DNA of 64,000 nucleotides. It comes from Hespellia sp. (GTDB taxonomy: Bacteria; Bacillota; Clostridia; Lachnospirales; Lachnospiraceae). Of this stretch, positions 48,071 to 57,753 are shown piece after piece (the first letter of the stretch is position 1; each line of letters begins with the position of its first letter). A program made the translations under genes and the position numbers. Under the pieces are notes generated by a model, which saw nothing but the letters and a program-made list of their open reading frames with translations, was not told the origin of the DNA and made no database searches. The DNA lies in the NCBI GenBank assembly GCA_022790755.1, contig JAAVXR010000017.1, forward strand, positions 7,984 through 71,983, read 5' to 3'.

Positions 48071-50023
48071 ATGAACAAAAAAAAGAGAATGTTTGAATTA
48101 GTGGATCTTCTGAATCGTGCGAGGCGGGCCTATGAACAGAACGATACGGAAATCATGAGTAATTTTGAATACGATAAATTGTATGACGAATTGGCGGCCT
48201 TGGAAGCAGAATTGGGAATAACGCTCTCCAATAGTCCGACGGCGAATGTGGGGTATGAGGTACTGAGCGATCTGCCGAAGGAGCGCCATGAACGTCCGAT
48301 GTTGTCCCTGGATAAGACGAAGGAGGTAGAACGACTCAAAGAATTTCTGGGAGAACAGAAGGCTGTGATATCTTGGAAGCTGGATGGGTTGACGATTGTA
48401 CTGACCTATCGAAATGGAGACCTTGTCAAGGCAGTCACCCGGGGAAACGGAGAAGTTGGTGAAGTCATCACAAACAATGCCAGAGTATTTCGAAATGTCC
48501 CCCTGAAGATTCCGTTTCTGGGAGAGTTGATCTTAAGAGGCGAGGCTGTCATTGGTTATAAAGAGTTTGAGCGAATCAATTCGGAGATTGAGGATGTGGA
48601 TGCGAGGTATAAAAATCCAAGAAATTTATGCAGCGGTTCTGTGCGTCAGTTGAATAATGAAATCACGGCACAGCGCAATGTGAGGTTTTTTGCATTTTCT
48701 CTGGTGCATGCCGAAGGCGTGGATTTTGAGAATTCCCGCATGTGTCAGTTTGCCTGGTTGAAAGAACAAGGATTCGATGTTGTGGAACATTATCTGACTG
48801 ACAAGGAGACAATCGAAGAGCGTATCGCCTATTTTTCCGAAAAAATCAAGGAAAATGATTTCCCTTCGGATGGGCTTGTCCTGACATATGAAGACATTGC
48901 GTATGGACAGTCACTCGGGAGAACGGCGAAATTTCCAAGAGATTCCTTTGCGTTCAAGTGGATGGATGAAGTTCGGGAGACAACGTTGACGGAGATTGAG
49001 TGGAGCCCCTCCAGAACTGGGTTGATCAATCCCGTGGCGATCTTTGAACCGGTAGAACTGGAGGGGACAACGGTCAGCCGGGCCAGTGTGCACAATATCA
49101 GTATTATGGAAGAACTGGAGCTGGGAATCGGCGATGAGATACAGGTGTATAAAGCCAATATGATTATTCCGCAGATTGCAAAGAATCTGACGAGAAGTGG
49201 CGTCAAAGATATACCGGAATATTGTCCAGTTTGTGGCGGCAAAACCGAGATCTCGGTCGTAAATAATTCAAAGTCGCTATTTTGTACGAATCCGAAATGC
49301 CAGGCGAAACAGATCAAGTCTTTTGCTCTTTTTGTCAGCCGGGACGCTTTGAATATCGACGGGTTGTCGGAAGCAACGCTGGAGAAATTTATTGCGCGCG
49401 GGTTTGTGCGTCGGTTTGATGATATTTTTCATCTGGACCGGTATGAGGAAGAGATCAAAGCGATGGAAGGTTTTGGAGAAAAATCTTACGTGAATTTGCA
49501 GGAGAGTATTGCGGCGGCACGGACCACCACACTTCCACGACTTTTATACGGATTGGGTATTTCCAACATCGGATTGTCCAATGCGAAAGTCATCTGCAAA
49601 GCATTTGACTATGATGTGGAGCGAATGTTGGATGCATCGGAGGAAGAGTTAGATGAGATTCCCGGGGTTGGCGGAGTCATCGCATCAGCATACGTGTCTT
49701 ATTTCAAAGATCCGGAAAATGTTTCAGAATTAAAAAGACTATTCAATGAATTAAATATTCCGAAAGAGGAAATAAATAAAAAAGAACTCATTCTTGCGGG
49801 TATGAATTTTGTGATTACGGGCAGTGTTCGGCATTTTACAAATCGCAACGAGCTGAAGAGTTTGATCGAGAGCAAGGGGGGAAAAGTGACTGGAAGTGTA
49901 ACATCAAAAACAAAGTATTTAATTAACAACGATACTACCAGCACGTCATCGAAGAATAAAAAAGCGAATGAGTTGGGAATCCCTATTATTTCTGAGGAAG
50001 ATTTTTTGCAAATGTTATCCTGA
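48071..50023 (+). CDS. ligA: NAD-dependent DNA ligase
   Basis: KLDG, TRGNG, Zn finger, HhH, C-terminal BRCT. Confidence 0.97.
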   Translation: MNKKKRMFELVDLLNRARRAYEQNDTEIMSNFEYDKLYDELAALEAELGITLSNSPTANVGYEVLSDLPKERHERPMLSLDKTKEVERLKEFLGEQKAVISWKLDGLTIVLTYRNGDLVKAVTRGNGEVGEVITNNARVFRNVPLKIPFLGELILRGEAVIGYKEFERINSEIEDVDARYKNPRNLCSGSVRQLNNEITAQRNVRFFAFSLVHAEGVDFENSRMCQFAWLKEQGFDVVEHYLTDKETIEERIAYFSEKIKENDFPSDGLVLTYEDIAYGQSLGRTAKFPRDSFAFKWMDEVRETTLTEIEWSPSRTGLINPVAIFEPVELEGTTVSRASVHNISIMEELELGIGDEIQVYKANMIIPQIAKNLTRSGVKDIPEYCPVCGGKTEISVVNNSKSLFCTNPKCQAKQIKSFALFVSRDALNIDGLSEATLEKFIARGFVRRFDDIFHLDRYEEEIKAMEGFGEKSYVNLQESIAAARTTTLPRLLYGLGISNIGLSNAKVICKAFDYDVERMLDASEEELDEIPGVGGVIASAYVSYFKDPENVSELKRLFNELNIPKEEINKKELILAGMNFVITGSVRHFTNRNELKSLIESKGGKVTGSVTSKTKYLINNDTTSTSSKNKKANELGIPIISEEDFLQMLS

Positions 50024-50073
50024 GTGTGTTAAAATAAGGGCTGACAAAGCTCAAAAACAAGGAGGTATGTTTT

Positions 50074-50391
50074 ATGTTGAAGTTGACAACGAGTAATTTT
50101 GTACAGGAAGTTGAGAATTCAGAAATGCCGGTACTGGTAGATTTTTGGGCAGAATGGTGTGGTCCTTGTAAACAGTTTGCACCGATTTTGGAAGAATTGG
50201 AACAGGAGTATGCCGATAAGTTAAAAATGGGAAAAGTAAATGTAGATGAAGAGCAGGAGCTTGCCATCCAGTTTCGCGTAATGGGAATTCCCACATTGGT
50301 ATTGTTGAAAGATGGGAAAAAGATTGCAAGTTCGACAGGAGTGTTGTCGAAAGCAGAGTTGGATGCGTGGGTGAAAGAACATTTAAAATAG
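50074..50391 (+). CDS. trxA: Thioredoxin
   Basis: DFWAEWCGPCK, GIPT. Confidence 0.95.
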   Translation: MLKLTTSNFVQEVENSEMPVLVDFWAEWCGPCKQFAPILEELEQEYADKLKMGKVNVDEEQELAIQFRVMGIPTLVLLKDGKKIASSTGVLSKAELDAWVKEHLK

Positions 50392-50403
50392 TCCGTAAGG
50401 AGG

Positions 50404-51819
50404 ATGCAAATGTCAGATAAAGATGTGAAAACAGAGGAAGAAAATATGGTTTCGGATCCGTCGGATTCTACGGATGAATATGAAAAAGTATGCATTATGT
50501 GTCACCGGCCAGAAAGTAAAGCCGGCAAGATGATAGATTTGCCGAATAATCTGACGATCTGTCATGAGTGTATGCAAAAAAGCATGGATACCATGATGAA
50601 GGGGTCATTTGATTACAGCAAACTGATGAATATACCGGGAGTGCAGATTTTAAATATGACGGATTTGGAAAATATGGTTCCAAAGCAACAGAAGATAAAA
50701 AAGAAAAAAGAGGGAGAAAGAGTAAAGCCGGCGTTTGATATTCAAAATATTCCGGCTCCGCATAAAATCAAAGCACAGCTGGACGAATATGTTGTGGGAC
50801 AGGATTATGCGAAGAAAGCGGTATCAGTTGCGGTTTACAATCATTACAAGAGAGTTGCTACGGATACGATGGATGACATTGAGATCGAGAAATCGAATAT
50901 GTTGATGATTGGGCCAACCGGTTCCGGGAAGACCTATCTGGTAAAAACACTCGCACGGCTCTTGGATGTACCGCTTGCGATTACAGACGCCACGTCTTTG
51001 ACCGAGGCGGGATACATAGGAGACGACATCGAAAGTGTCGTTTCAAAACTTCTGGCAGCGGCGGATAACGACGTGGAGAGAGCGGAACAGGGAATCATTT
51101 TCATAGATGAAATTGATAAAATTGCCAAAAAGCGAAATGCCAATCAACGGGATGTCAGTGGGGAGTCTGTGCAGCAGGGAATGTTGAAACTTTTGGAAGG
51201 GAGCAATGTGGAGGTTCCGGTCGGAGCAAACAGCAAGAATGCAATGGTGCCTCTGACGACGGTGAATACAAAAAATATTTTGTTTATCTGTGGTGGGGCA
51301 TTTCCAGAATTGGAGGATATCATCAAGGAACGATTAAGAAAACGTTCTTCCATTGGATTTGAAGCGGAACTGAAGGATAAATATGACCATGACAAAGATT
51401 TGCTTTCAAAGGTTACGGTGGAAGATCTGCGTAATTTTGGGATGATTCCGGAATTTCTGGGACGGCTTCCGATCATCTTTTCCTTAAAAGGGCTGAATGA
51501 AGAGATGCTTGTCAAAATCCTAAAAGAACCTCGCAATGCGATTTTGAAGCAATACCAAAAGCTTCTGGCGTTGGATGAGGTACAGTTGACTTTTGAGGAG
51601 GATGCACTGCATGCGATTGCAGAAAAGGCAATGGAGAAGGATACAGGTGCCCGTGCATTGCGTGCAATTATCGAGGAATTTATGTTGGATATCATGTATG
51701 AGATTCCAAAGGATGATTCCATCGGGCAGGTGGCGATAACGCGCGCTTATATCGAAGGAACAGGAGGGCCTGTGATTTCTTTGCGGGGACAGGCGCCGAG
51801 ACAAATTGCACAGTCTTGA
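50404..51819 (+). CDS. clpX: Clp protease ATP-binding subunit ClpX
   Basis: C4 zinc domain, GPTGSGKT, TEAGY, IDEIDK, IGF loop, GARALR. Confidence 0.93.
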   Translation: MQMSDKDVKTEEENMVSDPSDSTDEYEKVCIMCHRPESKAGKMIDLPNNLTICHECMQKSMDTMMKGSFDYSKLMNIPGVQILNMTDLENMVPKQQKIKKKKEGERVKPAFDIQNIPAPHKIKAQLDEYVVGQDYAKKAVSVAVYNHYKRVATDTMDDIEIEKSNMLMIGPTGSGKTYLVKTLARLLDVPLAITDATSLTEAGYIGDDIESVVSKLLAAADNDVERAEQGIIFIDEIDKIAKKRNANQRDVSGESVQQGMLKLLEGSNVEVPVGANSKNAMVPLTTVNTKNILFICGGAFPELEDIIKERLRKRSSIGFEAELKDKYDHDKDLLSKVTVEDLRNFGMIPEFLGRLPIIFSLKGLNEEMLVKILKEPRNAILKQYQKLLALDEVQLTFEEDALHAIAEKAMEKDTGARALRAIIEEFMLDIMYEIPKDDSIGQVAITRAYIEGTGGPVISLRGQAPRQIAQS

Positions 51820-51902
51820 AAATGATTTGAAATATTTTTACTATTTCTTTTTCAACTTTTGTTTGCATAGAATATAGGTAAAAATATGGAAGAAGGTATG
51901 AT

Positions 51903-53609
51903 ATGCCCTCGGATGGATTGTGTAAAGAAAGAATTCTATCAGAAGAATATATGGATTTTATTATTGCAGAGGGGAGAGAGATTCCCATTGCCAATGCGGA
52001 TCCCAACTTGTTGTGTAAACAGGAAATAGGGTTTGGTTATGAGTGTGTTTATCTGCCTCGGACGTTGGCGGAGCCGATTACAATGGAGCGGTATTCTTAT
52101 AATGAGATGCCGCTCTGTTATACATTCCTTGGAATGGAGGCGCTGAATCAAGCGGGGATTTTTGCAATTCAGAATTACCCGACCCTTCAATTGAAGGGAG
52201 AAGGTGTGATGATTGGTTTCATCGACAGTGGGATTGATTATATGAATCCAATATTTCGTAATGAGGACGGTACGACACGGATCGCCGGAATCTGGGATCA
52301 AACTGTGCAGTCAGGGAACGCTCCCGAAGGATTTTGTTATGGAAGCGCCTATACGCAGGAGCAGATTAATGAAGCACTGCAGTCCGATCAGCCGCAGGAG
52401 GTGGTTCCCAGTATTGATGAAATTGGGCATGGGACCTATATGGCGAGTGTTGCCTGTGGAGGGGAAGATGTCTCGAATCAGTTTCTTGGTGCAGCGCCAA
52501 AAGCAACAATCGGAGTGGTAAAATTAAAGCCAGCCAAACAATATTTGAAAGAGTTTTATTTTATTAGAGAAGATGCAAACTGTTTTCAGGAAAATGATAT
52601 TATGCTTGGGATGCGCTATCTACATTTATTGGCGGAACAGAAAGGCCTTCCTCTTGTGTATTGTCTTGCGTTGGGTTCGAACATGGGTGGACATTCGGGA
52701 AGTACGCCGTTTCCAAGCTTGATTCAACAGTATGCGAATACAATAAATCGCATTGCTGTAACGGGGGTTGGAAATGAGGCCAATCAAAGACATCATTTTT
52801 TAGGAAAAATCCAACAAGCGGGGGAGACACAGAATGTTGATATTCGAGTTGGTGCAGATTGTATCGGATTTGCAATGGAGCTGTGGACGAACATTCCGAA
52901 TGTGCTGTCTATTGCGATCGTATCTCCGTCCGGCGAATCGACAAATATGATTTCTCTGCGCGGGGGGATGCATACGGAGTTCCATTTTCTGCTGGATCGT
53001 ACAACGGTATTTTTGGACTATCGTTTTGCAACAGATCGAACCACATCAGAATTGATTGCGCTCCGGTTTCAAGAACCGACTCCGGGAATTTGGCAACTTC
53101 AGGTTCAGGGAAACCAGGTGTCGGATGGTGTCTTCAATATCTGGCTTCCGGTTACGGAGTTTTTGACCAGTGAGGTGCATTTTCTGGAATCAAACCCATA
53201 CACTACAATTACTACGCCTGGGGAAGTCGAGGAATCCATCACGGCTGCATATTATGATGGCGTCAATCAGAGTATCGGCATTAGCTCCGGACGTGGATTT
53301 ACGAGAAATAACCGAATCAAGCCGGACTTTGCCGCGCCTGGCGTTAATGTTCTGGGAGTGCTCCCAGGAAATAAATTTGTTAGCCGTACTGGATCAAGCG
53401 CTGCGACGGGAATTGCTGCAGGAGCAGTAACATTACTCATGGAATGGGTGATTTATCAGCAGATGAATCCGGTGGCGACTGTGCAGGGACTGAAAAGTCT
53501 GTTGATTTTAGGGGCACAGCGGAAAGACGGAGAGGAGTATCCCTCCCGTGAATGGGGGTATGGCACGCTGGATCTGTACAATGTGTTTGATCGGATACGA
53601 CGTTTTTAG
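51903..53609 (+). CDS. Subtilisin-like S8 protease, Csp (germination) type
   Basis: FIDSGID, GHGTYMA, VGNE, KPDFAAPG, TGSSAA, WGYG; long internal insertion; no signal peptide. Confidence 0.85.
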   Translation: MPSDGLCKERILSEEYMDFIIAEGREIPIANADPNLLCKQEIGFGYECVYLPRTLAEPITMERYSYNEMPLCYTFLGMEALNQAGIFAIQNYPTLQLKGEGVMIGFIDSGIDYMNPIFRNEDGTTRIAGIWDQTVQSGNAPEGFCYGSAYTQEQINEALQSDQPQEVVPSIDEIGHGTYMASVACGGEDVSNQFLGAAPKATIGVVKLKPAKQYLKEFYFIREDANCFQENDIMLGMRYLHLLAEQKGLPLVYCLALGSNMGGHSGSTPFPSLIQQYANTINRIAVTGVGNEANQRHHFLGKIQQAGETQNVDIRVGADCIGFAMELWTNIPNVLSIAIVSPSGESTNMISLRGGMHTEFHFLLDRTTVFLDYRFATDRTTSELIALRFQEPTPGIWQLQVQGNQVSDGVFNIWLPVTEFLTSEVHFLESNPYTTITTPGEVEESITAAYYDGVNQSIGISSGRGFTRNNRIKPDFAAPGVNVLGVLPGNKFVSRTGSSAATGIAAGAVTLLMEWVIYQQMNPVATVQGLKSLLILGAQRKDGEEYPSREWGYGTLDLYNVFDRIRRF

Positions 53610-53757
53610 TAGAAATTTAGAATATCTTTATATTATTATTAGCAGAAAGGCCTTGATTCCGGAAATAGACCGGGCGTATAATACCAGTATATATTTGGTA
53701 ACTATATTATTTATTCAGTACAATATGTACGGAAAGTGAAAGGAGCGACTGAAACAA

Positions 53758-54297
53758 ATGAGAGATTTTCTGGAAGATTTAGGGAAGAAGATAGGTGAAA
53801 CTGCTGAATCATTTACGAATAAAGCTGGCGAAGTGGTGGAGGTGCAGAGGATCCGCAGCCAGATCCGTGCTTTAGATCGGAATAATGAAAGAGACTTTCA
53901 CGATATCGGTCGTATGGTTTATGATAAATATAAAGATGGAGAGGCGATTGATACCGAGATAGTCTGTATCTGTGAAGAGATTGAGAAGAGAGAAGCGACA
54001 GTTGAGGAAATGGAACAGATGATTGCGGATGTCAAAGGAGACTCCAGCTGTCCAGAATGTCAGAAGCCGGTAGGAAAGGGAATGTCTTTCTGTCCGAACT
54101 GTGGAGCAAAAATAGAAGAGGCAAAAGAGGTTGTGGAAGATATTGTGGATGAGGTGAAAGATACTGTAAAAGATGTGGAGGAAGCAGCGGCAGAGACAGC
54201 AGAGGAAGTGAAAGATGCAGTCGAGGAGAAAATTGAAGATGTAAAAGAAGCAGCAAAAGAAACTGTAGAAGATATTAAGGACGCTGTAGAAGAATGA
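53758..54297 (+). CDS. Coiled-coil / zinc-ribbon protein with acidic repetitive tail
   Basis: CPEC...FCPNCGAK; E-VKD-VE repeats; RBS AAGGAG. Confidence 0.75.
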   Translation: MRDFLEDLGKKIGETAESFTNKAGEVVEVQRIRSQIRALDRNNERDFHDIGRMVYDKYKDGEAIDTEIVCICEEIEKREATVEEMEQMIADVKGDSSCPECQKPVGKGMSFCPNCGAKIEEAKEVVEDIVDEVKDTVKDVEEAAAETAEEVKDAVEEKIEDVKEAAKETVEDIKDAVEE

Positions 54298-54764
54298 TGC
54301 TGTTCTTGATTTTGGGAATTGTGCCGGTTCTGATTTTGGCCGATATGCTGATGAAGAATTACGTGGAGGATCATTATTCTTTTGGAGAGCAGCATAAAAT
54401 CTGTAATGACAGAGTGATTCTCCGAAAAGTTCATAATCGGGGAATGTGCATGAATGCCTTTGAGAAGTATCCGGATCAAGTGCGTATCGTATCACTGGTG
54501 GCGGCGTGTTTTCTGACCATTTATCAGTTGATCTGTCTGGTATGGCAACGGAAGCGTTATGTGAAGAATACCGGACTTGCTTTGATGTTGGCAGGTGCGT
54601 GGAGTAATACGATTGATCGGTGTCTGCGGCATCATGTGGTAGATTATATCGGCGTAGAAACGAAATGGAAACATCTGAAGAGAATCACGTTTAACCTGGG
54701 AGATCTATTTATCTTTTTAGGAGCGGTATTCATTTGGTTGTCATCGTTTCATAGAAAAAAATAG
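54294..54764 (+). CDS. Signal peptidase II family protein
   Basis: NRG, GAWSNTIDR, VVDYI, FNLGD. Confidence 0.8.
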   Translation: MMLFLILGIVPVLILADMLMKNYVEDHYSFGEQHKICNDRVILRKVHNRGMCMNAFEKYPDQVRIVSLVAACFLTIYQLICLVWQRKRYVKNTGLALMLAGAWSNTIDRCLRHHVVDYIGVETKWKHLKRITFNLGDLFIFLGAVFIWLSSFHRKK

Positions 54765-54796
54765 TGAAACAAAAGCATGCTTTAACCGCTTTTATG

Positions 54797-54835
54797 AAAA
54801 TGGGGATTGTCGATCTATCTGACAATCCCCGATTT
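54797..54835. terminator. Probable bidirectional terminator
   Basis: GGGGATTGTC / GACAATCCCC perfect 10-bp stem between convergent genes. Confidence 0.8.
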
Positions 54836-54836
54836 C

Positions 54837-55766
54837 TTATAAAAATTCTCGAATCTGTTCTAGAATAATTTGCATTAGCTTTGTGCGGGCCTCCACGCTT
54901 GCCCAGGCAATATGAGGAGTAATCAAAAGTCTACGACTGTCCTTTATTCGAAATAAAGGGTTATCCGCCGCCATCGGTTCTATGTCCAGTACGTCGAGAC
55001 CAGCGGCAGCGATTTCGTGATGCTCTAGGGCGTCTGCCAGGTCAGCTTCCACGATGATGGGGCCTCTTCCGAGGTTCAGCAGAATAGCGCTAGATTTCAT
55101 CTGGTGCAGGGCATTGGCGTCGATCAGATGCTCGGTGTAACGATTCAGAGGAGCATGGATCGAAAGAATGTCGGAACAGGACAGAATTGTGGACCAGTCT
55201 GTCTGGGTATATCCTTTCTGCGCGGGAGCGCCGGAAGCGGAGTAGTAGATGACATTTACTCCGAATGCGGTGGCAAGATCTGCCACACGTCGGCCGATAG
55301 CGCCAAGCCCGATAATGCCCCAAGTCATACAGGACAGTTGATGAAACTGTTCTTGAAAATGTGTGAAAATCGTATCGTTGATATAGTTTCCATTCTTTAC
55401 ATAGTCGTCGTAGTAGCGAAGTTTTTCCAGAAGAAAGAATAACATGGCAAAGGTATGCTGTGTGACAGATTCTGTAGAATACCCAGCAACATTGCGCCAA
55501 GCGATGCCCCGTCTATCTAGATACGCTTTATCTAGATTGTTTGTGCCGGTAGCGGTCACGCAGATCAATTTTAAGTTTTGTGCCTGTCCGATGGTCTGCT
55601 CATTGATCTGTACCTTGTTGATGACCAGGACATCGGCAGTCTTTGTTCGTTGCGGGACTTCTTCCTGTGTTGTAAAATCATAGGTAATCACTTCTCCAAG
55701 GGTTTGAAAACCAGTCAGATCAATATCATCTCCAATCGTCTTAGCATCCAGGAATACGATTTGCAT
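54837..55766 (-). CDS. D-isomer 2-hydroxyacid (glycerate-type) dehydrogenase
   Basis: GIIGLGAIG, HAPL, NLGRG, LDVL..EP, TPHIAWAS; start moved to 55766 after AAGGAGG. Confidence 0.9.
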   Translation of the reverse strand: MQIVFLDAKTIGDDIDLTGFQTLGEVITYDFTTQEEVPQRTKTADVLVINKVQINEQTIGQAQNLKLICVTATGTNNLDKAYLDRRGIAWRNVAGYSTESVTQHTFAMLFFLLEKLRYYDDYVKNGNYINDTIFTHFQEQFHQLSCMTWGIIGLGAIGRRVADLATAFGVNVIYYSASGAPAQKGYTQTDWSTILSCSDILSIHAPLNRYTEHLIDANALHQMKSSAILLNLGRGPIIVEADLADALEHHEIAAAGLDVLDIEPMAADNPLFRIKDSRRLLITPHIAWASVEARTKLMQIILEQIREFL

Positions 55767-55923
55767 AGTGAGCCTCCTTTGCATCGCTGTAGAGAGCATT
55801 TTCTTTCTATTATTGGTGCAAGAAACACGAAAGTCAATGAAAAAATGGAGCATCTGCATAAAATATGTGATAGAATAGATGGAAAAGAAAAAATAAAAAT
55901 GAAACAAAAGAAAGGGGATTCTT

Positions 55924-56763
55924 ATGATTCAGGATATTGAACCACATGTATATCGCAATGAATATATGCCAATACCTCCGAAGCCGGACAGTTATGTGCT
56001 TTACTATAAGGGGGCAAATACTCTGCTCCATCGTACGGAAGAGGGAATCGAGTTTCCAAGATTTCGGGATCTGGAACCGATGAACCCAAAGATATATGAA
56101 GACTATACATACTTATTTTCGATTGATCAGGAACCTTATTACCTGATTGAACAGATTCCAAAAGAGCAGATTCCTTCTGGGTTTATGATGGAACATAAAG
56201 AAGTGTTCCGGGAACTGGACCCGCAGTATAAGGCGTTTGCAGGGATTACAGGTTATCAGTTGTATCGGTGGTATCGAAGTAACCATTTCTGTGGAAAATG
56301 TGGAGCGGTGATGCGCAAAGATGAGAAGGAAAGGATGATGTACTGCGACAAGTGTCGCAATATGGTGTATCCGAAACTCTCGCCGGCCGTGATTGTCGGG
56401 ATCACAGATGGAAATCGACTTCTGATGTCTCAATATGCAGGCCGAGAATTCAAGAAGTATGCATTGATTGCTGGGTTTGCTGAGATCGGAGAGTCACTCG
56501 AGGATACGGTGCGCAGAGAAGTGATGGAGGAAGTTGGACTGCATGTAAAGAATATTCGTTATTATAAGAGTCAACCGTGGTCTTTTACGGATTCACTGTT
56601 GATGGGCTTTTACTGTGATCTGGATGGTGATGATCGGATCACATTGGAAGAAGATGAACTCTCACTCGCGAAATGGATTGAGAGGGAAGATATTCCGACC
56701 AAACCGTCCCGGGCAAGTCTGACGAATGAAATGATTATGCGATTTAAGAACGGGTTGGAGTAG
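55924..56763 (+). CDS. nudC: NAD(+) diphosphatase
   Basis: FCGKCG...CDKC..YP zinc ribbon, Nudix box, SQPW. Confidence 0.9.
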   Translation: MIQDIEPHVYRNEYMPIPPKPDSYVLYYKGANTLLHRTEEGIEFPRFRDLEPMNPKIYEDYTYLFSIDQEPYYLIEQIPKEQIPSGFMMEHKEVFRELDPQYKAFAGITGYQLYRWYRSNHFCGKCGAVMRKDEKERMMYCDKCRNMVYPKLSPAVIVGITDGNRLLMSQYAGREFKKYALIAGFAEIGESLEDTVRREVMEEVGLHVKNIRYYKSQPWSFTDSLLMGFYCDLDGDDRITLEEDELSLAKWIEREDIPTKPSRASLTNEMIMRFKNGLE

Positions 56764-56831
56764 TAAAATGTGAAAAATTGGGAAGAATAGGGGAAAATAG
56801 GAGTAAAGAATAGCAGAGTGAGGTTGAGCGG

Positions 56832-57683
56832 GTGAAGACAAAGAAGTGGGCGAGACTGGGATATGATCTTTTGGTGGACGTGGCGGGAGGAATATTGGTC
56901 GGAATAGGTATCTATAATTTTGCGGCAAATGCTGGTTTTCCTCTTGCGGGCGTTTCTGGGATTTCTCTGATTTTTTACCGTCTGTTTGGGATTCCAATCG
57001 GTTTGATGACAATGTGTCTAAATATTCCGATAGCGATTGTCTGTTATAAAATGCTGGGAAGAACGTTTTTTCTTCGTTCTGTAAAAACATTGATCATCAC
57101 ATCGTTGATTATGGATCATATTGTGCCTTTATTTCCTGTCTACACAGGCGAGCGAATTCTTGCAGCGGTATGTACCGGTGTATTTTCAGGAGTGGGATAC
57201 GCGCTTATTTTTATGAACGGGACTTCCACAGGAGGGATGGATTTTGTAACATTGTCGGTCAGAAAGAAAAAGCCGCATTTGTCTCTGGGAAGGATTGTTT
57301 TTCTTTTTGACGTGGCGGTTGTCTGTCTAGGCGGGTTCATCTTTCAAGATATTGATGGGACCATTTATGGCATCATGATTGCCTATTTACTGACATTTAT
57401 TATTGATAAAATGATGTATGGAATTAACGCCGGGAAAATGACATTGATCGTGACGGAGAAAGGCGGACAGATGGCGGAGATGATCGGTCAATATGGAAGG
57501 GGAGCCACCCTCATCAAAGCGGAGGGCAGTTATTCCAAACAGGCAAAAGAGGTAGTCATGTGCGCCTGCAATAACAAACAAATGTTTGAAATTAAAACGA
57601 AAGTTAAGCAAGTGGATCCGAGTGCATTTACGATTATTATGGAGTCCAATGAGGTGGTGGGCGAAGGATTCCGGGGAGCCTAG
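56832..57683 (+). CDS. YitT family membrane protein
   Basis: GVSGI, NIP, STGGMD, VDPSAF, VVGEGF. Confidence 0.9.
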   Translation: MKTKKWARLGYDLLVDVAGGILVGIGIYNFAANAGFPLAGVSGISLIFYRLFGIPIGLMTMCLNIPIAIVCYKMLGRTFFLRSVKTLIITSLIMDHIVPLFPVYTGERILAAVCTGVFSGVGYALIFMNGTSTGGMDFVTLSVRKKKPHLSLGRIVFLFDVAVVCLGGFIFQDIDGTIYGIMIAYLLTFIIDKMMYGINAGKMTLIVTEKGGQMAEMIGQYGRGATLIKAEGSYSKQAKEVVMCACNNKQMFEIKTKVKQVDPSAFTIIMESNEVVGEGFRGA

Positions 57684-57700
57684 CTATTACAGAAAAAAAG

Positions 57701-57750
57701 AAACGGGTACCGCAAAATCATCGTGATAGATGATGGAGCGATACCCTTTT
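57701..57750. terminator. Possible terminator between convergent genes
   Basis: GGGTACCGC / GCGATACCC arms with an inner ATCATC/GATGAT stem. Confidence 0.5.
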
Positions 57751-57753
57751 GTT

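Noticed and set aside
51864-51875. CATAGAAT as a SigE/SigK -10 for the Csp-like gene
   Set aside because: No convincing -35 at the right spacing; too short to support alone.
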